A stretch of DNA of 64,000 nt from the NCBI GenBank assembly GCA_010909165.1, contig VJWM01000108.1, positions 620,001-684,000 of the forward strand. Direction: 5' to 3'. The notes beneath the pieces are model-generated. The model was not told the origin of the DNA and did not search any database. It saw only the letters and a list, made by a program, of their open reading frames with translations. The DNA comes from Anthoceros angustus. Its lineage: Eukaryota > Plantae > Anthocerotophyta. A program made the translations under genes and the position numbers. Shown here one piece after another: positions 1 to 9,400 of this stretch (its first letter is position 1; each line of letters begins with the position of its first letter).

Positions 1-1849
1 CAGGTTTTTGAAAGCTTGGCCACAAAGAATGTGGTGACATGGAATGCCCTGATAGCTGGGTATGCACAGCAAGGTCTCGGCCAAGAGGCGCTTCTTCTGT
101 ACGGCCAAATGGAGCAAGAAGGCCTCATTTTGGCTGACGATGTGACTTTTTCCTGCCTTCTGAAAGCCTGTGGAAGCACTGGTGCCTTACAGAAGGGCAG
201 GCAGCTGCACTCACTGATTGTCGAAAAAGGATTGCTGGATAACGTGGTGCTGGGCAACTGCCTGGTGGATATGTACATAAAATGTGGTGAACTGAAAGAT
301 GCACGCCGGGTTTTTGACAGAATGGTCACGAAGGACGTGGTGACATGGACAGCGCTGATTGCTGGGTATGCACAGCAAGGGCTCGGAATTGAGGGGCTTG
401 TTTTGTATGGACAAATGGAGCAGGAGGGCCTCATCATTGCTAACCATGTTACTTTTGCTTGCCTTCTCAATGCCTGTGCAAGCACTGGAGCCATAGAGAA
501 GGGCAGGCAGCTGCACTCAGAGATTGTCAAAAGAGGACTGCTGGATAATGTCGTGTTGGGCACTGCCTGGTGGACATGTATGCAAAATGTGGTGAACTGG
601 AAGATGCGCCAGGTTTTTGACAGCAGCCAAAGGATGTGGTGACATGGAATGCCCTGATTGCTGGGTATGCACAGCAAGGACTCGCCAAGAGGCGCTCTTG
701 TGTATGGACAAATGGAGCAGGAGGGCCTGATTTTGGCTGACCATGTTACTTTTGCTTGCCTTCTGAAGGCCTGTGGAAGCACTGGTGCCTTACAGAAGGG
801 CAGGCAGCTGCACTCACAGATTGTGGAAAGAGGACTGCTGGATAACATAGTGTTGGGCAACTGCCTGGTGGACATGTATGCAAAATGTGGTGAACTGGAA
901 GATGCACGCCAGGTTTTTGACAGCATGAACACAAAGGATGTGGTGACATGGAATGCCCTGATATCTGGGTATGGTACTTGTGATGATGGTCACAGAGCAC
1001 TAGCTTGTTTTGAGGAGATGTTAGTTGCCGGTATTCAGCCTGATGGTGCTACTTTTACTTGCCTTCTAGTAGCATGCAGTCATGAGGGACTGGTCCACGA
1101 GGGTCGCAAGCACTTTGATTCCATGGCTGAACAGCATGGCATCAAACCTACTACTGAGCATTACAATTGCATGATTGACCTTCTCGGGCGTGCGGGTCAT
1201 TTAGATGAGGCTGAGAAGATGCTGTTGTCATTCGAGGGTCAAAGTAATGTTGTGGGCTTGAGGTCATTGTTGAACGCCTGCAAAAGTCACGGGGACATAG
1301 AGAGGGCCATGTGGTGTTTTGAAAGCATTGTTAGGCTGGAACCCCAGGAGGCACCCGCCTATGTGCTCATGGCCAATGCCTACGCAGATGCAGGTAGGTG
1401 GACCGATGTAGACAGGATTGAACACAGAGAAGGGCAGGCAGCTAACAAGAAACCTGCAGTGGCGACCATTGAGGTGAATAAGCAGGTACATAGATTTCTG
1501 GTGGGAGAAAGGAGAGGATATTGCGGTTGAGGTGGAGAGCACAAATGCACGTCTGAAGCAGGAAGGAGGCCACGTACCTCACACAAAGTTGGTGTTGAAG
1601 CCAGTGTGTGAGAAGGAAAAGGAAGATATGCTTTGTGGACATGCAGAGAAGCTAGCTCTCGCGTTTGGGCTTTTGAACACCCCGAGTGGCACACCTCTGG
1701 TGGTAACGAAGAATCTACGCATGTGCAGTGACTGCCACAGTTCCACGGAGATCATGTCAAGGCTTGAACAGAGAGACATTGTTGTCAGGGATGGATACCG
1801 GGTGCATCGGTTCGCAAATGGTTGTTGCAGTTGCAAGGGCCGACCGTGA
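1..1849 (+). CDS. PLS-class PPR protein with DYW:KP domain, GRP C-terminus (candidate U-to-C editing factor); 5' part outside window; frameshifted
   Basis: ORF pieces 16-642, 658-1530 and 1532-1849 encode PLS triplets (KDVVTWNALIAGYAQQG / DVTFSCLLKAC / NCLVDMYAKCG), then P2L2S2-E1E2, KKPAVATIEV, CGHAEKLALAFG, CSDCH and terminal CSCKGRP*. The frameshifts near 563, 606-630 and 1510 are 1-2 nt deletions relative to the paralog at 50552-53139. Confidence 0.92.
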
Positions 1850-1883
1850 GAACAGTGAAGAACCAGCCGGTACCCAAGGGTGT

Positions 1884-1997
1884 GCCTACAAAAGGCACGG
1901 GGATTTAGAGAGATCGAAGCGGTGTCTTGAAAGCATTGGTAGGCTGCAACTCCAGGTGCCCATGGCCAATGCCTTCGCAGACGTAGGCATAGGTGTG
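1884..1997 (+). pseudogene. Degenerate duplicate of a PPR E-domain segment
   Basis: AYKRHGDLERSKRCLESIGRLQ..MANAFADVG matches ACKSHGDIERAMWCFESIVRLE..MANAYADAG encoded at about 1276-1400. Confidence 0.75.
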
Positions 1998-2229
1998 ACC
2001 CCTTTCTCACATGCAACCACCTCTGCCTGGTTGCCCGTGAGAAAGGAGTTATTATCCAGTGGGCATGTGGCCAGTGCAAGCAACATAATATAAATGGCAT
2101 GTGACAGGTCAAAAAAAACTGCTCTTGTAACTCAATTTTTCTTCACGTCAAAGTGAAATGTGCCGCATGCTTTACGTTGATGTACCCAGACCTTGTTCTC
2201 TTAAGTCTGCCCAAACGCATAGAATAGGC

Positions 2230-5200
2230 CTATATGCGGAAGCAACATTGTAAGAACCCTGCCCTGGTGATAAGCCGAAGCGCAGACACTTTCCAGCCTT
2301 GTACCGGCGCGTTGGTCTTCGTTCCCGGCACATGGCGAATTCGATTCTTTTCTCTGCCACCGACACAGACTTCGTGGTAGTACGAAGAGACAGATGCTTT
2401 ACAAGTGATCACGCGGGCTCTCGGGTGTTGCTCAGGGCAGATCCAATTCCCAGCTGCTCGCCGCTGCTGCCCGCACACATGTGGATCTTTCTTCCTATCA
2501 TCGATTACCACGACTTCAGATGTTGAACACACCCTTCTTTCCTCATTGTGGAGAATACCTGGCCCCGCTTCACTCAGTGGATGCTTCTCATCCCCAACCA
2601 AAAAACTATGAACCAGTCCATCCCGGTCAGTCCACCAGCTCTGACCTGGCTGCTTCCATGCCTTGATGGTGTTTCTCTTCGCCTGCATCTTCTCTGCCTC
2701 CTCCCACTTCTGGGCAGCAGTGTATATGTTTTTCATCAATACATAGGCTGCGGCGTCTTTCTTGTTAAGCTTGACTGCTTCGTCGAACGCATGACGTCCC
2801 ACCTCCACATTGCTCCACTTTTGACAGGCACCCAGCAGGGAGTGCCAAATGGCAGCATTAGGCGATTCCGGCATCGATCTTACCAAGGCTAGTGCCTCAT
2901 CCACTTCCCCTGCTCGACCCAAAAGGTCCACCATGCATGTGTAGTGATCCTGCATGGGAATGATGCCATACTGTTTCCTCATACTCTCAAAGTAATCCCG
3001 GCACTTGCTCATTAGACCCACATGACTGCACACAGTCAGTATACTAACAAACGTGATGCTATCCGGCCGAGTGCCATCCTCTTTCATTCTCCGGACCAGG
3101 TCAAAGATCACATCACTGTCCCCTTGACAGGTATAGCCTGCAATAAGTGCATTCCAGGCGGCAATGTCTCGTTTGGGCAACGCTTCAAACACCTGCTGTG
3201 CGTCAACCATGCTCCCACACTTGCCGTACATGTTAATCAAACTGCCGGCTACAAACACATCACTTTCAAGCCCTTGTTCTAAAATCTCAGCATGTAGCTG
3301 CCTTCCAAGAGACACAGCTGCCACACTTGCACATGCCTGCAAGAGGCATACAAATGTCACAGAATTTGGAGCAGCCATGCAGCCTTCTTGCATAGCACTG
3401 TAGAGAGCAAGGGCCTCCTGCCCCATGCCCTGCTGCGAATATCCTGCTATAATGGCAGTCCACGTCACCACATCCTTTTCACCAAGTTCATCAAACACTC
3501 TGCGAGCATCCTCCAACCTGCCACACTTTGCATACATGTTTACCAAACTGCTGCCTACAAACGCATCGCGCTGGTGCCCTCCTTCTCTAATTTGTGCATG
3601 GAGCTGCTTGCCCTTCTCCAGTGCCTGGGTTCCCACGGATGCACACGCCTGCAGGAGGCACACAAATGTCGCGGAATCAGGTACAGCCACACCTCCTTCT
3701 TGCATAGCACTGTGAAGCCGAAGGGCCTCCCAGCCCAGGCCCTGCTTGGAGTATCCTGCTATCATGGCAGTCCATGTTGCTGAATCTTTGTCACCAAGTT
3801 CATTAAACAATCTCTCAGCAGCTTCCAAGCTGCCACACATAGCATACATGTTCACCAACCTGCTGGCTACAAACATGTCATCTTGGTGTCCGCGTTCTTT
3901 TATCTGCATATGAAGCTGTCGCCCATTCTCCAACGCCGGGGTGCCCACACTTGCACATGCCTGCAAGAGGCACACAAATGTCACAGAATCTGGTACAGCC
4001 AAGCCAACTGCTTGCATCGCACTGTACAGGTGAAGGGCTTGCCAGCCCATGCCCTGCTGGGAATATGCTGCTATCATGGCATTCCACGTGACCACATCCT
4101 TGTGATCAAGTCCATCAAACAGTTCCTGTGCATCTTTCAAGCTGCCGCACTTTGCATACATGTTCACAAGGCCGTTGGCTACAAACAAATCAACTCGATG
4201 TCCTTGTTCTCGGATTTGGACGTGAAGACGCTTTCCCGCCTCCAAGGCCAGGGTGCCCACACTTGCACAGGCTTGCAGCAGGCACCCAAAGGTAACAGAA
4301 TTGGGTACAGTCATGCCTTCTTCTTCCATGGCACGGTATAGACAAAGCGCTTCCTGCCCCATACCCTGCTGGGAATATCCAGCAATCATGGCATTCCAAG
4401 TCACAACATTTTTTGCACCAAGTTCGTCAAACACTCTTCGAGCGTCTTCCAAGTTGCCACACTTGGCATACATGTTCACCAAACTGCTGCCTGCAAGAAT
4501 ATCACCTTGATGTCCTTGTTCTGTAATCAGCACATGAAGTTTCTTCCCTATCTCCAACGCAGGGGCGCCCACACTTGCACAAGCCTGCAGGAGACACACG
4601 AGTGTCACGTAGTTGGGTACACCCATCCCTCCTCCTCCTTCTTCTTCCATGACAGTGTAGAGATTGAGAGCTTTCTGGCCCATGCCCTGCTGAGAATATC
4701 CTGCTATCATGGCAGTCCAAGTCACCTCATTTTTCCGACCGAGTCTGTCAAATACTCTCTGAGCATCTTCCACACTGCCACACTTTGCATACATGTTCAC
4801 CAAACTGCTGGCCACAAACACGTCAGCTTCATGTTGCCGTTCTGTGATCTGCATATGCAGCTGCCTTCCCATTTCCAGCGCTGGGGTGCCCACACTTGCA
4901 CATGCTTGCAGGAGGCACACGAATGTCACCGAGTCGGGTACAGCCATGTTCTCCTCTTGCATAGCTCTATAGAGACAAAGCGCCTCCTGGCCCCAGCCGT
5001 GCTGGGAGTACCCTGCTATAATAGCATTCCACGTCACAACGTCTTTGTAATCAAGTGCATCAAAGACTCTCTGTGCATCTTCCAAGCTGCCACACTTTGC
5101 ATACATGTTCACCAAGCTGTTGGTAACAAACACATCACATTGATGTCCTCGCTCCCAAATCTGTGCATGAAGATGCCTCCCTTCATTCAAAGCCGGGGTG

Positions 5201-6159
5201 CCCACAGCTGAACATGCCTGAAGGAGGCACACGAATGTTACCGGGTTGGGTGCAATAAACCCTTCACGTTCCATAGCAGTGTGGAGACGAAGAGCTTCCT
5301 GGCCCATGCCCCGCTGGGCATATCCTGCTATCAAAGCGTTCCATGTCACCACATTTTTGTGAGCGATTCCGTTGAACACTCTCCGTGCATCTTCCAAGCT
5401 GCCACACTTTGCATACATGGTCACCAAGGCGTTCCAGACGAAAAGATTAGGCTGGACACCAGTGGCCAGCAAAGCAACATGCACCTGCTGCCCAGTTTTT
5501 AAATCTGAAGCCCTTGCACAAGCCTGAAGGGTTGCCACAAATACATGGCAATCCGGGTTCACACGGGAGGTGGAGCTGGAGCTGCGCATCCGATGGTACA
5601 GCTGGATGGCCTGCTTGTCCTGTCCGTGTTTGACATGAGCAGAAATGATAGCAGACCACATGAAGGCATCCGGTTTGGCTACGGCTGCAAACACGTCCAC
5701 TGCCTCTTGCAACCTGCCGTGGGAAGCATACATTCGCAAGATGTGGGTGGCCAGGAAAGCATCTGACTGGTACCCCCTTTCCACCGTGAGAGCATGGACA
5801 CGGCTACCCAGGACAAGATCCTTGTTAGCTACACATTCCCTCAGAACAGTATAGAAAAGAGCTTTGGAAATACAAGGGCCGGTTTGCACCAGGACGTCCA
5901 AAGCCTGGACGGCCGCAGTGAGATGCCCCTCATTGCATAGCTTGATGACGGTCACAGCCGTGACGTCCGTATGGAAACCTGCATACCGGCAGGGGCTGCT
6001 GCTGCTGCGAGGGTGGTGAGAAGGCTCACCCGTTTCCATGATATTCGCAGCAGCAACAAGGTGGGCATCCACCTGAGCTGTGGATTGTATGAGCGGCCAA
6101 AACTTTGGAAGCAGTGGACGAGCTCCGGAGGCTGCTTCTGCTTGTGCCGGCAGTGACAC
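2230..6159 (-). CDS. PLS-class PPR protein, DYW:WW type (PGQSWW), 8 PLS triplets plus P2L2S2-E1E2, degenerate deaminase tail
   Basis: 1309-aa ORF with about 107-aa PLS units and WKQPGQSWWTD. After HPLSEA only frameshifted remnants of the DYW domain remain (DDRKKD.VCGQ, GEQLGIGSALSNT, TTKSVSVAEKR, RRYKAGKC), with no HxE or CxxC. Confidence 0.92.
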   Translation of the reverse strand: MSLPAQAEAASGARPLLPKFWPLIQSTAQVDAHLVAAANIMETGEPSHHPRSSSSPCRYAGFHTDVTAVTVIKLCNEGHLTAAVQALDVLVQTGPCISKALFYTVLRECVANKDLVLGSRVHALTVERGYQSDAFLATHILRMYASHGRLQEAVDVFAAVAKPDAFMWSAIISAHVKHGQDKQAIQLYHRMRSSSSTSRVNPDCHVFVATLQACARASDLKTGQQVHVALLATGVQPNLFVWNALVTMYAKCGSLEDARRVFNGIAHKNVVTWNALIAGYAQRGMGQEALRLHTAMEREGFIAPNPVTFVCLLQACSAVGTPALNEGRHLHAQIWERGHQCDVFVTNSLVNMYAKCGSLEDAQRVFDALDYKDVVTWNAIIAGYSQHGWGQEALCLYRAMQEENMAVPDSVTFVCLLQACASVGTPALEMGRQLHMQITERQHEADVFVASSLVNMYAKCGSVEDAQRVFDRLGRKNEVTWTAMIAGYSQQGMGQKALNLYTVMEEEGGGGMGVPNYVTLVCLLQACASVGAPALEIGKKLHVLITEQGHQGDILAGSSLVNMYAKCGNLEDARRVFDELGAKNVVTWNAMIAGYSQQGMGQEALCLYRAMEEEGMTVPNSVTFGCLLQACASVGTLALEAGKRLHVQIREQGHRVDLFVANGLVNMYAKCGSLKDAQELFDGLDHKDVVTWNAMIAAYSQQGMGWQALHLYSAMQAVGLAVPDSVTFVCLLQACASVGTPALENGRQLHMQIKERGHQDDMFVASRLVNMYAMCGSLEAAERLFNELGDKDSATWTAMIAGYSKQGLGWEALRLHSAMQEGGVAVPDSATFVCLLQACASVGTQALEKGKQLHAQIREGGHQRDAFVGSSLVNMYAKCGRLEDARRVFDELGEKDVVTWTAIIAGYSQQGMGQEALALYSAMQEGCMAAPNSVTFVCLLQACASVAAVSLGRQLHAEILEQGLESDVFVAGSLINMYGKCGSMVDAQQVFEALPKRDIAAWNALIAGYTCQGDSDVIFDLVRRMKEDGTRPDSITFVSILTVCSHVGLMSKCRDYFESMRKQYGIIPMQDHYTCMVDLLGRAGEVDEALALVRSMPESPNAAIWHSLLGACQKWSNVEVGRHAFDEAVKLNKKDAAAYVLMKNIYTAAQKWEEAEKMQAKRNTIKAWKQPGQSWWTDRDGLVHSFLVGDEKHPLSEAGPGILHNEERRVCSTSEVVVIDDRKKDPHVCGQQRRAAGNWICPEQHPRARVITCKASVSSYYHEVCVGGREKNRIRHVPGTKTNAPVQGWKVSALRLITRAGFLQCCFRI

Positions 6160-7029
6160 GAATGGAGGCCCCTCCTATCCATCCCACCACTGCTGCTGGC
6201 ACCACCAACCATTGCTGAAAGCTTGACGTCCTCGTCGACGGGCCGCCTCCCTTTGCAAAGATGCTGCACCCCCCGCACCCGAACCCGAGGGCGGGGAGTG
6301 GGAGTGGGAGTGGGAATGGGGGCATCTTGCTCCTCCAGGTCCAGGTCCAGGAGAGCCGCGGCAGCCCCGGACAGGGGCCATCGGACCACCCCGGTACATT
6401 GGTTTGGACTTTGGGCACATGTAGGATCCTACCCTTCCAATTCAACATGTGTCCTCCCTACTGGTACTGTGCCACCCACTGCGTATCGCATTTCCAGCTC
6501 TTCTTCTTCTTCTTCTTCTTCTTCTCTGCCCCCGCTGCCCTGCCCTGCCCTGCCCTCGTTATACCAACCTTCACCACACTCCGCCCTGGGCAAAGGTCCC
6601 GACGTCCAGGATCGCCCAGACGTCTAGTCTTCATCGGGTCGTTCCAAATTTATACATGTACATGTAACCGAGCTTATTACCTGTGAGGGGCTCCAAAATT
6701 CATGCGTCGCATGGAAGCGCTAGAGCTATGAACTCAAGTACTGTTTTCATTGGATTCGCCCTCCGCCAGCCTGCATAATTGCCGGTGAGATGTGGACGAA
6801 CATATATTACTATATCCATTACACATTTTACTTACAGACGCTCAAAGCTCAAGGATGCCTTGAAAAGTAAAGTAAACGTGCAACATCGTGCCTTATTCAA
6901 GCATTGGAGAAATGCTCGATTGACGTGGCGTCAATAAAGCATTTCAATGAAGTGCTTATTTGCAATTTTTAGTTAGGAGTGGAGTAACATTTATCCCATC
7001 AAAAGCTGCTATGTTTTTGTGAAAACGAG

Positions 7030-7460
7030 GAAAAGAAGACTTTATTATAAAAAAGAGATGGGAAAAACCCATCCATCCCAAAAACAAAGGGAAAAACCCA
7101 ACGAAGGGCACCATGCCAGGGGACTAGCCTCCACGATCACGCATTTCAAAATTACCAACCGTCCGAAGAACTTCATAGTCCAGGATGTGAAAAGGCCTAC
7201 TTACCACCGGTATCGAAGAAGCGCATCTCCGCGCCGCCGTTGCTCAGACACCGCGTGGCACACCCTCTGCAGAGCGATGGAAACCCTTTGCCGGAGGAAA
7301 ACAACAATGCAAGAAAGGGGGAGGCCAACCCCATTCTTGCGGTTATGATAAGCCTTGGCGCAGGCCTTGACAAACCTAGAGAAATCTTTGCCCATGGCTC
7401 CGTGAGTCTCGATGGCATGGGGGACGAAGACGTACGTCCCTACATGGAGAGTACTTGTGA
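7030..7460 (-). mobile_element. 3' fragment of a CRE-clade (RLE) non-LTR retrotransposon, copy 1
   Basis: Encodes FVP.AIETHGAMGK...FLRQRVSIALQR, the C-terminus of a restriction-like endonuclease. Homologous to 30917-31260. Confidence 0.75.
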
Positions 7461-8792
7461 ACGAAAATGGAACATGAATCCCGTGAATCTCGAGTTATAG
7501 TCGAGCCAATCATCCCATGTCGTGGCAACCTCTATGAACCTGATGATCAGCCAGATGATCTTGCTGAAGATGCATCAAATGTAGATTTAGATGGACAACC
7601 TGTTTCTTTGCCCGAACCTAAACCTGAAGTTTCTCGGGTCCAGAGGGATGCTCTCCGTCGTTCAGAACGGCATAGACCTCCACCTGCCGACTGGAAAGAG
7701 CCTTGTTATACTTCCATTGATTTCGCTTGGCCGTTGAGTTTGTATCCCACCACATATCCCACCTGTATTCCTTGCTGAAGCATTCTCAGGACCAGATAAT
7801 GACAAATGGATGTTTGTTGTGGATGTCATGTCGTGTGACACTAATTTCTACACTTGGGTTTAGTGTTTGATTAGCATTAATTAATCTAATTACTTATCTT
7901 TAAGTAAGTAATTAGTATTAATTAATCTAAAGTATTTATGTTAATTAAGTGTTGATTATTATTAATTAAAGATGGTTAGCAATAGCTAAGTGGATAAGCT
8001 CAAGTAATATGCTTTGGCATATTACTTGCATATTATAGTATATTCTTAGGTTATTGCCGGCATATGCTGATGCAAATAGGATATCTTAGGAATATGCCGA
8101 TGCCGAGGGCTAGTATATATGGACCCTTTCACAGAGGACAAGCTCAGATCATAGCTTGTCCTCTAGATATGCAATGCAAGAGTGTTGTGAGGAGGCCAAA
8201 GCTATGACTCAGGGAGCGATGTGTGAGGAATTTGCGTGTTGTTCTCGTGGGAGAGTGTGTTTGTGCTAATGGCGCGTAGCTATACTCTCCTATTGTTACC
8301 GGGTTTGTACCTATATTTGCGTATTAGATTTGTTTTATTTGGTTGTCTGTTGAGGAAGTGCTCATATGAATGCAAGTGCTTTACCCCGGGTCCGACATGG
8401 ACGATGAGTATAATAGCTTGATACAAAATGGTACATGGAAGCTTGTTCTCGCCTTCAGTCAGAGGCCAATAACCCGCAAGTGGGTATTCAAGCATAAACC
8501 GAATGAACTCGTGAAATTGCCGTTACAAAGCTCGCTTATGTGCCGAGTTCACACAAGTACCTGGACTTGAGTTTCACGAGACATTTTCTCGTGTTGTACG
8601 TTCTCAGTCCATCCATCTCATGCTTGCTCTTGCTGCCGAATATGATCTGGAATTGCTTCAGATAAACGTTAAGACGGCTTTCCTCCATGGTATTCTGGAA
8701 GAAGAGCTCTATATGGAACAGCCCGAGGGCTACGAAGATCCTGCCCATCCAGATTGGGTCTGCTAGCTTATTAACTTATATGGCCTAAAACA
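7460..8792 (+). mobile_element. Ty1/Copia pol fragment (integrase-RT linker and start of RT), duplicated copy
   Basis: LRRSERHRPPP, EAFSGPDNDKW, DDEYNSLIQNGTWKLV and downstream RT sequence match 9400-10736. Confidence 0.85.
7824..8397. mobile_element. Solo LTR inserted in Copia RT, copy 1
   Basis: TGTC...GACA termini flanked by a 4-bp duplication TGGA (7820-7823 / 8398-8401). Removing it restores KWMFVVDDEYNSL. Confidence 0.85.
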
Positions 8793-8949
8793 GAAAGTAA
8801 ACGTGCAACATCGTGCCTTATTCAAGCATTGAGAAATGCTCGATTGACGTGGCGTCAATAAAGCATTTCAATGAAGTGCTTATTTGCAATTTTTAGTTAG
8901 GAGTGGAGTAACATTTATCCCATCAAAAGCTGCTATGTTTTTGTGAAAA

Positions 8950-9400
8950 CGAGGAAAAGAAGACTTTATTATAAAAAAGAGATGGGAAAAACCCATCCAT
9001 CCCAAAAACAAAGGGGAAAAAACCCAACGAAGGGCACCATGCCAGGGGACTAGCCTCCACGATCACGCATTTCAAAATTACCAACCGTCCGAAGAACTTC
9101 ATAGTCCAGGATGTGAAAAGGCCTACTTACCACCGGTATCGAAGAAGCTGCATCTCCCGCGCTCGCTGTCGTTCTGTACACTGCGTTGGCCAACACCCTC
9201 TGCAGAGCGATGGAAACCCTTTGCCGGAGGAAAACAACAATGCAAGAAAGGGGGAGGCCAACCCCATTCTTGCGGTTATGATAAGCCTTGGCGCAGGCCT
9301 TGACAAACCTAGAGAAATCTTTGCCCATGGCTCCGTGAGTCTCGATGGCATGGGGGACGAAGACGTGGCCGTCCTACATAGGAGAGTACTTGTGAACCTG
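8950..9400 (-). mobile_element. 3' fragment of a CRE-clade (RLE) non-LTR retrotransposon, copy 2
   Basis: MGKDFSRFVKACAKAYHNRKNGVGLPLSCIVVFLRQRVSIALQRVLANAVYRTT (ORF 9050-9328). Confidence 0.78.

Noticed and set aside
560-1530. Pseudogene call for the frameshifted GRP genes
   Set aside because: The lesions are 1-2 nt deletions of the kind seen in long-read errors, so status cannot be decided without polishing.
3022-5854. Many antisense and alternative-frame ORFs over PPR genes (also 33100-35519, 54407-55135 and 57086-59080)
   Set aside because: They are shadow frames produced by the repetitive PPR coding sequence and contain no independent motifs.
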